This document shows, in pieces, positions 42,063-53,989 of a stretch of 64,000 nucleotides of DNA; position 1 is the stretch's first letter, and the number at the start of each line of letters is the position of its first letter. This DNA is from Selaginella moellendorffii. Its lineage: Eukaryota > Plantae > Lycopodiophyta. The stretch spans positions 1,518,052-1,582,051 of the forward strand of contig NW_003314273.1 of assembly GCF_000143415.4 (NCBI RefSeq), given 5' to 3'. The position numbers and the translations under genes were made by a program. A model generated the notes under the pieces. It was not told where the DNA came from, searched no databases, and saw only the letters and a program-made list of their open reading frames with translations.

Positions 42063-43667
42063 TTTATTCAGTAAAATGGGACTAGGTACAAATTTTCAAG
42101 TATTTGAAAATGACGTGAAATTATATGTTTTTTGTCCAGGGGCTAGACATATCTGGGGCATGGTGACTAGCGCGGTGACTTTATGTCCAGACTGTGTCCA
42201 TCTGGTTGTATAATAAATCTCATTGTCAAGGTGAACAAGCCGAATCTGAAGCTAAAGAAGAGCGATGGCATGCGCGCACACACTATTTGTTTGTTCATTG
42301 AGCGTGTGGTGAGCTTTCCAAGATGAACGTCATTCCTATTAGCCAGACATATAACTTAATGGTGAGAACATTTAGATATTATTCAATGTTATCTTTTTCT
42401 AACGAATCTAATTGTGAAGGTGTAGCAAGAGGCATTGCTAGTCTGGAGAAGTCATTTAACTCATTTGACCCTTAGTGTATTTTCATGAAACTAAATAACA
42501 TTCATATTATTAAGGAATTTCTCTAGTACCTTTTTTTTACGACATAGAGGCTTGCATTTCTTTCAAAGGTGATTTAGTAAAAGGCCTGAGGGCACATGCC
42601 ATTCTATTTCTCAGACCGGTATTAAGATATACTAGTGCAAAGGGAAAAAGGTATTTGGTGATCAAGTAAATGGCATGAGGGCACACGCCATTATAAGCCT
42701 AAGCGCTAGTGGACACCTCCTTTTTGGTACTCTCAGTGGTACTATCATCCTTCTCCGGGTCAGTTGTTTTGCTTTGGATTGTTGTCTCTGATGTTACTGG
42801 GGCGTTCTCGATAGTTGTTAATGTTGCCGTTTGTTCAGAAAAATGATCACCTGGAGTATAGTACGGGGAGTTTGGAAGACTTATATATTCTACATCTTCA
42901 CCTATCTCCTTCTTCGTCTCCTTTTCTGCCTCACTTACAGATTTTGTGCTTGCCATGAGAACACTCTTCACCCTAAAATATGGAGTTCGTTGTGTTATAA
43001 AAGGAAACCAACACACACACTGCAAGGGAATGATGGTACATAAAGCACGTAAGCCCACAATATGGGTTTATGTGCCATTAATATGGGCCACATGCCATAT
43101 TATTAGATTTATGCACGTGTGATTGGTAAATGCATATGTCACATCATCTTTGTTTTACCTCACACACTATATCAGGCCTAATGAACCATATCACATGTGC
43201 GCACATGCTATATATATGGAGAAGTATTATGCAAGGATAGAAATTCAATGCATGATTGTGGAGAGCAATGGCATGAAGCCACATGCTAAATAACATTTTA
43301 GAGAAAGAATTAAAATAAAAACATGCAAACAGTACTAAGTGGACCAAGACTTAGAAGTGCACAATTGAATGAGGTATTTCTAATAAATACTTCACTCACC
43401 TCATATAGGAATGGCTACCACTCTCAAATGGCGTATCACCTCATGCCATCACCTCGCAATTTGTTATAACAATCCGATGAATTCATATTCGGCTTGTTCA
43501 CCTTGAACTTTAAGTAAGATTTGCTAGAACAACTAAGAATTTATACTTGTTATTTGTATCATCTCACCTAGGAATGGCGTAAGGCCACATGCCATCACGC
43601 CTCCTCTGATTTAGATTCGGATTGTTCACCTTGAAATAAAATACATTAGAAACTTAATAAAGGAATA

Positions 43668-46493
43668 TTAATGAATCTCACTTTGAACCCGGGTTATGAA
43701 TGCTCTTGCTGCATCTCTTGCATGGTCTGGCAAGGTGATGGTGGCACTCTGCTTCCGCATCCAACCATGCACAACATTATCCACCGATATGCTCATGCTG
43801 GGATCCCTTGGATTCAACACCCATCTCTTTTCTAGGCAATCCTTCGTATATTCGGAACTTGGCTTGAACCACTCCACAGTTACATTGAAGGAGTTAGTTT
43901 CCGCGTCCTCCTCTGCATCAGTGATGCAGCGCCCCACCTATATCATTTGTTTTTTATTACTGGGTCTGACAAGCACGACCATTCCTTTGCAGACCTGTAC
44001 TGGATTGAATGCTGAATCCGGCTTCTTGTTCCTCGGCCCACAATAGTGATCCTCAACATCGTTATCTGTCACTGCATTTCCAGAGGACATTGTTCCGCTA
44101 CTATCTGGTGCTCTGGGTTCTGGCCAAAAGGACTCTTCCAATTCTTCATATACAACCGGCCCATTTTGGATAGCAGATATAATCTTCTCCCAGTATTCGA
44201 GCAAAGGCTTGCACCTCTGAAAATAGGATTCTCCACCAAACACCAACCCCCTCTTCCAGAAGGCAATATGCTGTCTAATCCCGGCCACTATACTTTCCTG
44301 GTCTTTGAGTCCATCCGGGTGCATCGGCTGTGGGGAACCCTGAGGAATCATAGGTTCCCCAGTTATGGGATCTCTCTTGAAGAGTTCAATGCCGTCCACT
44401 GGCAGCCACACTGTGTCCCATTCTCTCATCTTGTACCTCATCACTGGAGCACCGTCACACATGCTGAAATGAAACTGAAGAGGCTTGGAGTGGCCAATCA
44501 GCGTTTCGAATCCGTCCCTGATGTAGCCTCTTACAAACCCCTTAAAGTTTGGAACCTCTGTAAGAAGTGCAGCTTCAACAGTGCCTTTGATGCAATTTTG
44601 GAATTCATCGTAGAGTTGTGGGAGGGTGAGGACATTGGATCACCGGAGGGACTCTGCCAGGTGACTGAACATGGCATCGACGTCTTCATGAGTGTGCCCA
44701 ACCATGAGAAAGCCAAGTGTAACCGTTTCAAATATGCCTTTGGCAACAAGCATCGCCAAGTACGCGAAGACGTACATGTTTTTGTTCTCACTGCCAGCAT
44801 TGTCTGTTTGGAGCAGAAGATGGGGTGGAAGGCCACATCGGCCGCAAGAACTTCCTTGAGATTCTGCTTCGTTTGGATGAGGCTGTGCATTCACCGGGCG
44901 ACCACCCTCGTCGGAATGGTATGAGGCCTCACGTGATAACCCTACAATCTGACGGCCAACATATTCACTGGGATGGCATGGGGCCCCACGCGATACTGCA
45001 AGCCTTTGCTCCTCCTCCAGCTGAACCCTGTATGGGGTTCGATCGACAAGGGCCTTATGCAAGGGTTCGCCGTTTAGCTCAGTCTGCGCACTTTGTAGAG
45101 ACCTTAAGTGTTTTGCTAGGGACGCAATCATCATGTTTGCACCCCCGCCACCCCATAGAGGTACAAAGAAGTTCCCATAGTTCTGGGCACCATGCCCATG
45201 AGCGATTATGCCAAACAGAGACACAGGCAGCTGCATGGATGAAGAGATTGCCTTGGGGGCAGGATTGAGTCGAGGTAAGCACGTCTTTTTCTGGTCCATT
45301 TTGTCGTGGATGATGCAGAGGTAAGAGTCAGGTCTCTCCATGGAGAGAATCCTGTTATGATAATATGCAGTCCTGCAACTTCTCTGCTCGATGTTGTGGT
45401 CGAGCCGCCTTCTAACCAACGTCTCTCGCTCTTGAGCGCTGCAAGAATTCTTCGACAAAGCCATTTTGATAGCAGTGCACTCGTCACACTTTGAAAAGCT
45501 GGAGTACTTTCCTATACTCACATCCCTGAACCTGTTGCTCCACAATCTACTAAATCTAGATTGGCTCAGCTTCCTGTAGCCATTACTCTGGAGTTCCCGA
45601 TTCACATCTTCCAATATGGCCCCCTTGGTATACATGGAAGGGAGAACTTGTTGGGTGTCTCGTGTTCCATCTTCCAAGAGGCGGGTTTTATGTGGTTGCT
45701 GCTCGCTACATGTCTCGATAAACCTCTTGAAGATTGCCTCTCTATATACAACATGACCCCTGGTTTTGTGCGTACCGTCGTTCCCATGGACTGCCTGTTG
45801 AACCCTTTGTTCCTCGAACTCAGTTTTGATTCTGTAGAATGTGGTTCGAGGGACTCCATAAATGATTCTCCATGCCTTCATGCAGACCAAACCCCTCTGG
45901 AAGACCATGCCCCCCACCTGATGTTCTGAAGCATCAACAGATGACCGTAATGCCTTATACATAAAATTGCGAGCTGCCATCCAGGACAATATCTTGTATC
46001 TTGCTCTCTCCTCTTCAATAGCATCCCAATCAGCATGCTGACAACACCTCCTCTTGCAACAAGCAACTGTCGAGACCATTCGAACCTCCATCGCCATTTT
46101 CTGCCTTTTCGGTTCGTTGCTCAGATCCTTTTGGCTGCGCTTTAGGAAGGTGTACTTTCTTTTCCCATGAAGAGATGTTCTGTCATCAGTTGTAGTGGTG
46201 TTTGATTGTGAATCCTTCACATTCTCAAACACTAAGTGCCTCAATTTCCACCGCACAATGCTTCCAATAATCAGACTATTTTCTTCTGTGTCAACAACCT
46301 CTAAAATCGCAACTCCAATATCATCCCAGCCCAATTCTTGATTAACAACCACATCTCTTGGATCGACAACTGTGGCTAAGCCCTCAGCTACCACCTCCCC
46401 CTCGGGGTTGTTTAGAAACACCTTCGCCTGAATCCATGTAGCACGGTTCTTAAGATCCACGGAGGGAACATGCATCGCACTTGCGGAGGCCAT
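43668..46493 (-). pseudogene. DDD-type transposase (~941 aa, Sola1-like motifs) with two in-frame stops
   Basis: ORFs 44640-46493, 43938-44462 and 43668-43937 are in one frame, separated only by TGA (44640-42) and TAG (43938-40). Motifs: FSKCDEC, IIHDKMDQKK, LQTDNAGSENKN, FLMVGHTHEDVDAMFS. A splice acceptor (TTTCAG) lies just before the ATG. Confidence 0.85.
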
Positions 46494-48398
46494 TCTGAAA
46501 GTGCAGAAAAGAAGTTAAGACCATACAAAAAATGATTGGAGAATGGCCTAAATCATAACATACCAAACAACCTCAATAGCATGAGGCCACATGCCATTAT
46601 TCAAACATGCTATTGACACCCATGTGAAATTTCGCATTCACAAAATTGGCATGAGGCCTCATGCCATCTTGATAAACACATAGCTACAAGTAGGTAAAGA
46701 AACTATTGGCAATATGCTAGTGATGAACTTGCAAGCCCCAAGATGGCATGAGCCCTCATACCATTAGTGGTACCGTAGCGCCACTCGCACCACCGCAACT
46801 GCTCGTAGCACCGCTCGCACAAACTGCCACTCGCATAAACTGTCGCTCGCAATGGCCCTCGCAATGCCGCAATCGCTCGTAGACGCATAAACCACAGCCC
46901 ACAACGCCGCTTACACAAGCAGCGCTCACTGCGCTCAGCGGAACCAAGAACACGGCGCACAAAAATGATAGACCTAGGAATGAGTTCGAGAATTCAAAAA
47001 TAACACACGCTTGAACGTCACATCAAATCCTCTGACAAACCAGATCTTATGATTCCTCTGACAAATTTCAAACTGAGTAGCGTCTAGACTTTGCTGTCGG
47101 AGGTTGAACTTTGTCACATCATGTCCTTGCCTCGATCCAGCTGTGCCATGTCAGTGATTCGAACTTTGCCATGCCATGTCAGCGATCCGCGCCAAGATTA
47201 TTCGCCGTGTAAAGGAATAATTATGCTGTGTGTGTACGTCCATTTATGGCAATATAAGGCCACACGCCATTTAAAGAATAATGCTAGTCGAACATTTTTT
47301 GGTGCATTTTTGGGTTTAAAATTGCATGAGCCCACACGCTATAAAGTTTACCTATACCAAAAATAGAAACAGCTTTATTTACTTGGGAATTTAAGTGGTT
47401 GAGGCATTTTTAAACTTACAAACACATGCCCTACTTACATTCCTTTGGTTGCTTAAAATTCAAAAATATTATAAACCTTTCTTTTTACATTTTGAATGTT
47501 TTCAATTATGGTTTTTGATTTTCGCAGGACCAGCCTAGTAACACGCCATTCAAGGAATAATGCCACAGGACGCCTGGATTTTTGGGTTTAAAATGTTTAG
47601 GGTTTTTTGGGTTTTTTCAAAATATTTTGGGTCCAACGTTTTTTGGGTTTCTTTGGTTCAAAATTGCATGAGCCCACACGCTATAATATTGATTTGAGAG
47701 AAAAATAGAAACAGATAGAATTTCTTTATTTAGCTGAACATCTGCCATTTTTGGAAATACAAGATGCTTTGGAATATCCAATCATGCATGGTATAAATAT
47801 AGTGAGGGTATTAAATGATATCCCAATCATGATCTTTCTTTTGGATTTCGCGTGCATGCAGTCCGAGGAATGATGACATTGCGGATTTCTTTTGGATTTT
47901 GCGTGCTTGCATGCGCGCGGCAATCCAGAAATTAATGGTGGCGCCCAAGTCTGAGGAATGATGACGTGGCGGGATTACCAACCGTTGTGACATTTCGCGC
48001 GTGTGAGGTTAGGTTTTGCATTTTGCTTCATACTCGCGCTCGCGCTCGCATCACACTCGCGCTCCCGCTCGCATCGCGCTCCCACTCGCGATCACACTCA
48101 CTTCTCTACAGGTTTCTCGTGTGCATCGGCGTCCACTCGCGCTTGCATCACACTCGCGCTCGCATCGCGCTCGTGTGCATCGGCGTCCACTTCAAGACAC
48201 ACCCAGTTTGTAACTTCGCCGCCAACTCCGCCGCCCACTCCGCCACCCACACGCAGCCCACTTGGCGTCCCGGGAGATTTCAGCACCACTCTCCAACTGT
48301 AAGTGGCAGAGTAGCCTTGCTGCTACGATCTGCTGCACATACAGTGCACATTCACCAGCGAGTCTGGCCTCGATTGTCACGCCTCCATTCGGCTTCAA
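46494..48398. promoter_or_regulatory. Putative bidirectional promoter/5' UTR region of the transposon, with two CpG-dense blocks
   Basis: Lies between the two divergent start codons; CTCGCG/CTCGCA-rich blocks at ~46775-46960 and ~47995-48270 flank an AT-rich core with duplicated segments. Confidence 0.55.
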
Positions 48399-51300
48399 AT
48401 GGTAAGTCTTTTAGGCCAAGTAGAAAATGGCATGAGGCCACATGCCATTCAGTAGCAACATTGGCATGCACTGATTGGGCTCTCGAGTGCAGTCCGGTTA
48501 CAGATGGCGTGTAGCCTCACGCCATCTTAGGATGCAGCCTCAAGACATCTGATGCAGTGGTGAATGGCGTGTGGCCTCACGTTATTTCCAGCTGCTAGTT
48601 TTTCATCTGTCAGCTCTAATTGTTGTGCATTTCTGAACAGGCGAGGAATTGCGTTCTTCTTCCAGCCACTGTCAATGTGGATGCAGAGAAGGGGGAGGAG
48701 CTCACCAGTTGGACTTTCGGGATGGAAGGCGAGGATCTGATGTTGTGCAACACAGATGGTGGGAGAAAAGAATGCATGGGGATCCTCATCCAAGTGACAG
48801 ACACTCCATGCAGTTCCATGCAAGAATATGGACTGGCACTTGTGGTAAAGACAGCGTCCGCCTTCAAGATCCACCTTGCACATCCTAGTGGCTTCCCGGA
48901 GGGGGGCAGCGGCTATGAGGAATTCCTAGAGGGAGCTAGGGAGAGGTTGTCCAGGAGGCCCACAATTTCAAAGACGCTGCGGGTCTATGAAGATCACATG
49001 GAATCCACGGACCTCACCTACGGCGATGTTCAAAAACTATATTCCAACATTGAGCCGTTGAGAGTGCCTCCAGTTCGCGAAGCGAAGGGGAAGGGGGTCG
49101 ATCTGGAAACTACCCCGAAGCAGAAAAGGGTGGTCAAGCTCAAGCCGACGTCCGACTCTGCTGCTCCAAAAAAGAAGCTACTCGGTGATGCCATTGCCTC
49201 AGGTTCGAACACTACACCCACCAAAAAGAAGAGCCGCAAAGAGCAGAAAGAGCAAGAAGAGGCAGCAAAAATCGTCGCAGATAATAGTACTTGTTACTAT
49301 TCCAACAAAGTATATACAATTGACGTGAGCCGTATCGACATCCAAAGCAAATACAACCACAGGCTAGTATCTGATGAGTGGGTGGAGAAACTGAAGCAGA
49401 AGATGCTGGCAAGTCCAGTAACACCCGACATCGCAGACGTGATCCCCTACTACCGAACAATGAAGGGCGAGACGAGGTTTCCAGACTTGATCAATAGGAA
49501 GGTGTTGGACGATCAGAACATCCGGTTCTATGCCGTCTCCGGGCAGCATTCTAGCTTGGCGATGCAACAGATAGTTGTGGATATTATGGTGGGCGAGGAG
49601 GTGAAGAAAGTCTTCAAGACAAGAGTTGTCCGCCTGATAAAAGGCAACTCGCCCCTCCAATCTATCATATACATCTCCCACGCGCAGAATGTCAAGCAAG
49701 AAACGTGCTACAAATCGGGTCTGCACGAGACATTGGCACGAACACGGAAGCTCTAGGTTCAACTGAAGAAGCCACAAAAACCAGGACAAGGACGTGCACT
49801 AGCAACTAGCGCCTGGCAGGTAAGCCTCGTTGCATGTGGCATAGCATGTGGCCTCACGCCATTTCCATTGCAGGAATTCTCGAGTCTTCTCTCGAAAACA
49901 CTGGGGGTCAATGACACACTCAGCATCCATAACATTCTACTCGCGACAAAAGTTGTTTTTGACAAATGGGTAGATGTGCTGAGGAGGTACCATGACGGGG
50001 AGTTGCTAAACTCAATGGGTGTGGAGGACGGCCGGAAGCCCAATGATTTGAAGCTCAATGCTTTGTGTTTCTCACGGTCTCTAAGCGACGACGACCTTCT
50101 GACAGTGGCTAATGCTCTTCTACGTGGTGAGGTAGTCTTCAACAAGACCAAAATGACTCCCGGCCATATTGTGACATACGAGGACTTGTGCACGACTCTG
50201 AGAGCTCGTGCGCTATTGAAGGATTGGATCTTCGAGCAAGTGGCCGTGGAGAGGGTGAGCATCGACACCACGCAAGAGATGATGGAAGAGCTGGAGTTGT
50301 CAAATGAAGACATCGACGAGTACGTGAAGGGGGCCCCCAAGTTCATTAATCTGCTGCGGGATGCCACGAAAAGTAAAGCTGAGAAGTTGGATCAGTATCC
50401 AAATTTCATTAAGAGGGATGTCGACCGCCGGCTTCAGAAACAGCTCGACCCCGCAGCAGAGGCCTATCGAGAACCTTACCGGGTATACGTGAATTCGGAT
50501 GAGGATCATAGGTGGAGGAGCATCGTTTCCCGCGGAGATGAGCAGGTCAAGAACATCTTTTGTGTGATGGACTTCACAAACGAGGAGATCACTCATGCAG
50601 ACGAAGTCAGCTCCATCATTGACTTAATGGTGGGACTTGCGGAGGTGGAATCTTCAGTCCACTATATGATCTACGACTCCGAATCCTATCACAAGTTCTG
50701 GAAGGCCTTGAACGAGGTGAAGGCTCGGTTAAAAGGCAAGGAGATGCGGGAGATCCATGGGATAATGGCTAAGAAGAAGATACCGACGAATGTCCACATC
50801 TTCACACTCGCCCTTGTTATTGGTCCTGCAGCAGAGTGGGACTGGAGTGACTTCCCAGCTTCGTTCAACAAGGCCGATCGAATTGATCTGAGGGAGGTCA
50901 ATTTACCTGTGCCTGAGGAACTGAAGACGGCTATGGAGCTTTCGAATCCAAAGAAAGCTCCAGGTGCAGCATGGGAAATGCTCAGCTGGGTCTTCAACGC
51001 AATAGCGAGTGACTCCAAGGGCAAATGCGTTGTCGAGTACAACTGCGGCGGACTATTCTTTCGAGCCGCACTACTCAAGGGTGTCCCGTGTGTTGCGGTG
51101 ACAAACTCCATTGAAGAGGTGACTTCAATGGAGCATATAATTATAGTTGCCAAAGAAAAACAGTATCTTCTCTGCGAACCTGGTGAGTACGCACTTTAAG
51201 TTTAAATGTTATCTCACAAGCTCTGTATGCAGGAGCATGGCCACCCCCAGATGCTGAAACGGCGTTAACAGCTACTGATGTTAGGCCGAGCTCACAACCT

Positions 51301-53989
51301 GCAATAGGTAAGGTCACGTGAGGCCTCACGCCATTTTGATTATAGATCGTTGTGAATATTCAGACACGAGGACTGAAAAGCACACTGGTGGCACGTCGAA
51401 GAAGGACAAACAGACAAGCAATAGGAAAAAAGGAGGTACAAATTATATTTGCAATGGCGTGTGGTCTCATGCCATTCCTTGCAGGAGACACTTCTTCAAA
51501 GGCAAAACAGGCAAGCACCAGCCAAGCTCAAACTGACAGTGGTCATAAAAAGCGAAAGCACGTTGGACAGTCGTCGGGATCAGAGGCGTTTGATTCGAAA
51601 AGGAAGAAGGGCAACGAAAAGATGATAGGTAATGCCTCGCGGTTATGGCGTGTGTGCTCATGCCATTCATTGCAGATCAAGGGCTGAGTGAAAGGAGCCA
51701 GTCACCACCTCCTGACTCAGATTCCTATGGCAGACTCCCCTTCCCCAATCTCAATGGAGAGGTACAATGGATGAGGGATGCTTTTCAAGTCAGGGCCACG
51801 TTTTTCTCATCTCGTCGTCTTCGAAGGGTGCAAGAACGTGCAGAAACCATGTTAAGACAGTCGGGTGAGGATACGGTCCTAGGTCAAGCACTAAAACAGG
51901 CTATGGATGTCTTGTATTTTGAGATGGAGACTCGGCCAGATGATTTTCCCAAGATGGTCCTGGAAGAACAAGCCATCCAGCCTGAGCAGCCTATGGAAGA
52001 AATACAGGAGGGGGATGAGGAGCCAGAGAAAGATAATGAGTAGGAAGAGCAGAAGGACGAAGAGGAGGACAAAGAAGAGGAGGACGAAGAAGAGGACGAA
52101 GAGGACTTGGATGGTCCTCACAATGGTGACGATCACAATAACGACGACGACGATGATGACGACGATGGCCAGCCTGAGGTGGCCAAAGAGCAGCGGAGGA
52201 AGGTCATACAAGACAAACCATCAGGTAAATAATAGTACATCCATTCCTAACCTTTTACCATTTCTAACATTGTCCATGTAGGTCGCAGAGCAAATGGTAA
52301 GTAGAGATTATTCAGTTGAATTAAGATACAAACTCTAGCCTTTAGTGTCGAGGAAGGATAGTGCCAAGCAAGGGTCGAAACGTATGTCCAATCTTTCAGA
52401 ATCAGCAGTGCGCCCAAGTGATATCGGTCCTAGTTCCTCAATAGCAGTTGATGGTAAATACAGTATAGTCGATTCAATGTGCTAATGAGTTTGTTTTTAA
52501 TAGCCAGTAGGGAGGATACCATCTCAATCGAAGGGAGATATTTGGACATGCATATGGATCCGCCAGTGGACTCTACTTGCCTGCAAGAGTCATCAGAGCT
52601 GGTGGAGGTTACTATCCATATCAACGCCAAGCAAGCTGACCACGCTCCACTTGATGCTGCCCATACCACTGACTCAATCTTGTCCACGTATCCAACTGAC
52701 GGTGACCAGGCGCCATTGGACCCGCATGAGGCCGCCCCAGCCGCCGAGCCGGTCGTATCCTCATTTCCAACGTGTGCCCAATCGTTTGACTACGCGCCGT
52801 TGGAACCTCCCTACACCGCCCCTGCTGCCTGTTCGGTCATGTCCACTTTGCCAACGGAGGCACCAACTGAAATGGCGTGTGATCACACGCCATCGGAACC
52901 ACCCCATGCCACTGTTGAGCCAGTTGTACCAGAGTCTACAGCTGAAATGGCATGTGCCCACACGCCATCGGATGCGATTGACCCCACATTGTAGAGGAGA
53001 GTATTTCCGCCCTTCACGTTTCCTCGACCAAAACCCTCTCAACGACCATCGGGAGCACCATTCGCTAATATTGTAGATGGTAAAATTGACTTGTACTATT
53101 TTTTATGCTGACGCATTTCATTTCAGAGTCACGGCGAAGGTACTATATCGTTTTTGATCTGAACGGTGTCCTTTTCTCCCATGAGCGTGGCTCGTCCTCG
53201 AATGTCACTGCACCCTCCAAAGCCTGCGGTCGCAAGTTGGTCAAAAGAGACAGATTCACATTAATCACACGGGAGAAACTGCGGGATCTAATAATGACCA
53301 TGCGACACTTAAAACAGAGGGCCGGGTTCAATTTGCAATTGGGAGTTTGGACATCCATGATGCGCCACAATGCATTAACGTTGCTACAGATGATGCACGA
53401 TCAGACGCGAGTAATATTACCATTTGACTTTCTCCTAACGCAGGAGGATTGCTTGACTATGGTCCATGTGAGGGGTAGCAAGCCCATCTTCGTCAAGCCA
53501 GAGGCTGTAGTGATGAACCGGATTGTTAGGTCAAGTGAAATCCTCATCATCGATGACTCGTCGATTAAAACTGCAGCGAACACGCACACATATGCAGTGC
53601 ACCCCATCTCTTGCAGTATGGAAACTAGGGAGAAGAAACCGTATGTTCTGGGGGACCTTGCAAAACGGCTTGGAGCGATGGTGATAGAGAACTGGCCAGT
53701 CCAGGAGGTGGCTGCAGAAATCAACCAAATGGCAGATGGAACGGTATATCAGAAGCCATTTGATCGGACAGACACCAGTCATCATTTATGGCATGTATAT
53801 TGTCTAGCCAAGCACTATCCGCATCTCCATAATCTACTCAACTGAATGGGTTCTTCGACCACTGAACATGAGCGTGGACGTATTAGAGAAGAGATGGCAT
53901 TACTATTGGGTTTAAATCCTGATAGTGTGGAGAGTGATGAAATTCCAAGATTATTGTATAGGCGTTGGAGGCAAAAAATAACAGTCTGA
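48399..53989 (+). pseudogene. 11-exon transposon cargo gene (~1600 aa): ParB/Srx-like domain, degenerate amino-MTase-like fold, basic/acidic low-complexity linker, FCP1/NIF-type HAD phosphatase
   Basis: Exons 48399-401, 48641-49819, 49874-51182, 51233-307, 51364-435, 51485-628, 51676-52224, 52282-296, 52346-453, 52504-53079, 53127-53845 (probably to 53989). All introns are GT-AG and the frame is kept. Stops at 49754, 52041, 52992, 53843. Motifs: FYAVSGQHSSLA; VVEYNCGG...AALLKG; IVFDLNGVL, GVWTS, IIDDS. Confidence 0.75.

Noticed and set aside
44046-44924. 292-aa plus-strand ORF and other antisense ORFs over the transposase, gag and cargo gene
   Set aside because: They are shadow ORFs opposite clearly coding frames and have no recognisable motifs.
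53105-53845. Stand-alone host phosphatase gene starting at ATG 53105
   Set aside because: That ATG lies within a predicted 47-nt intron; the exon splices in frame to upstream exons and lies inside the TIRs.
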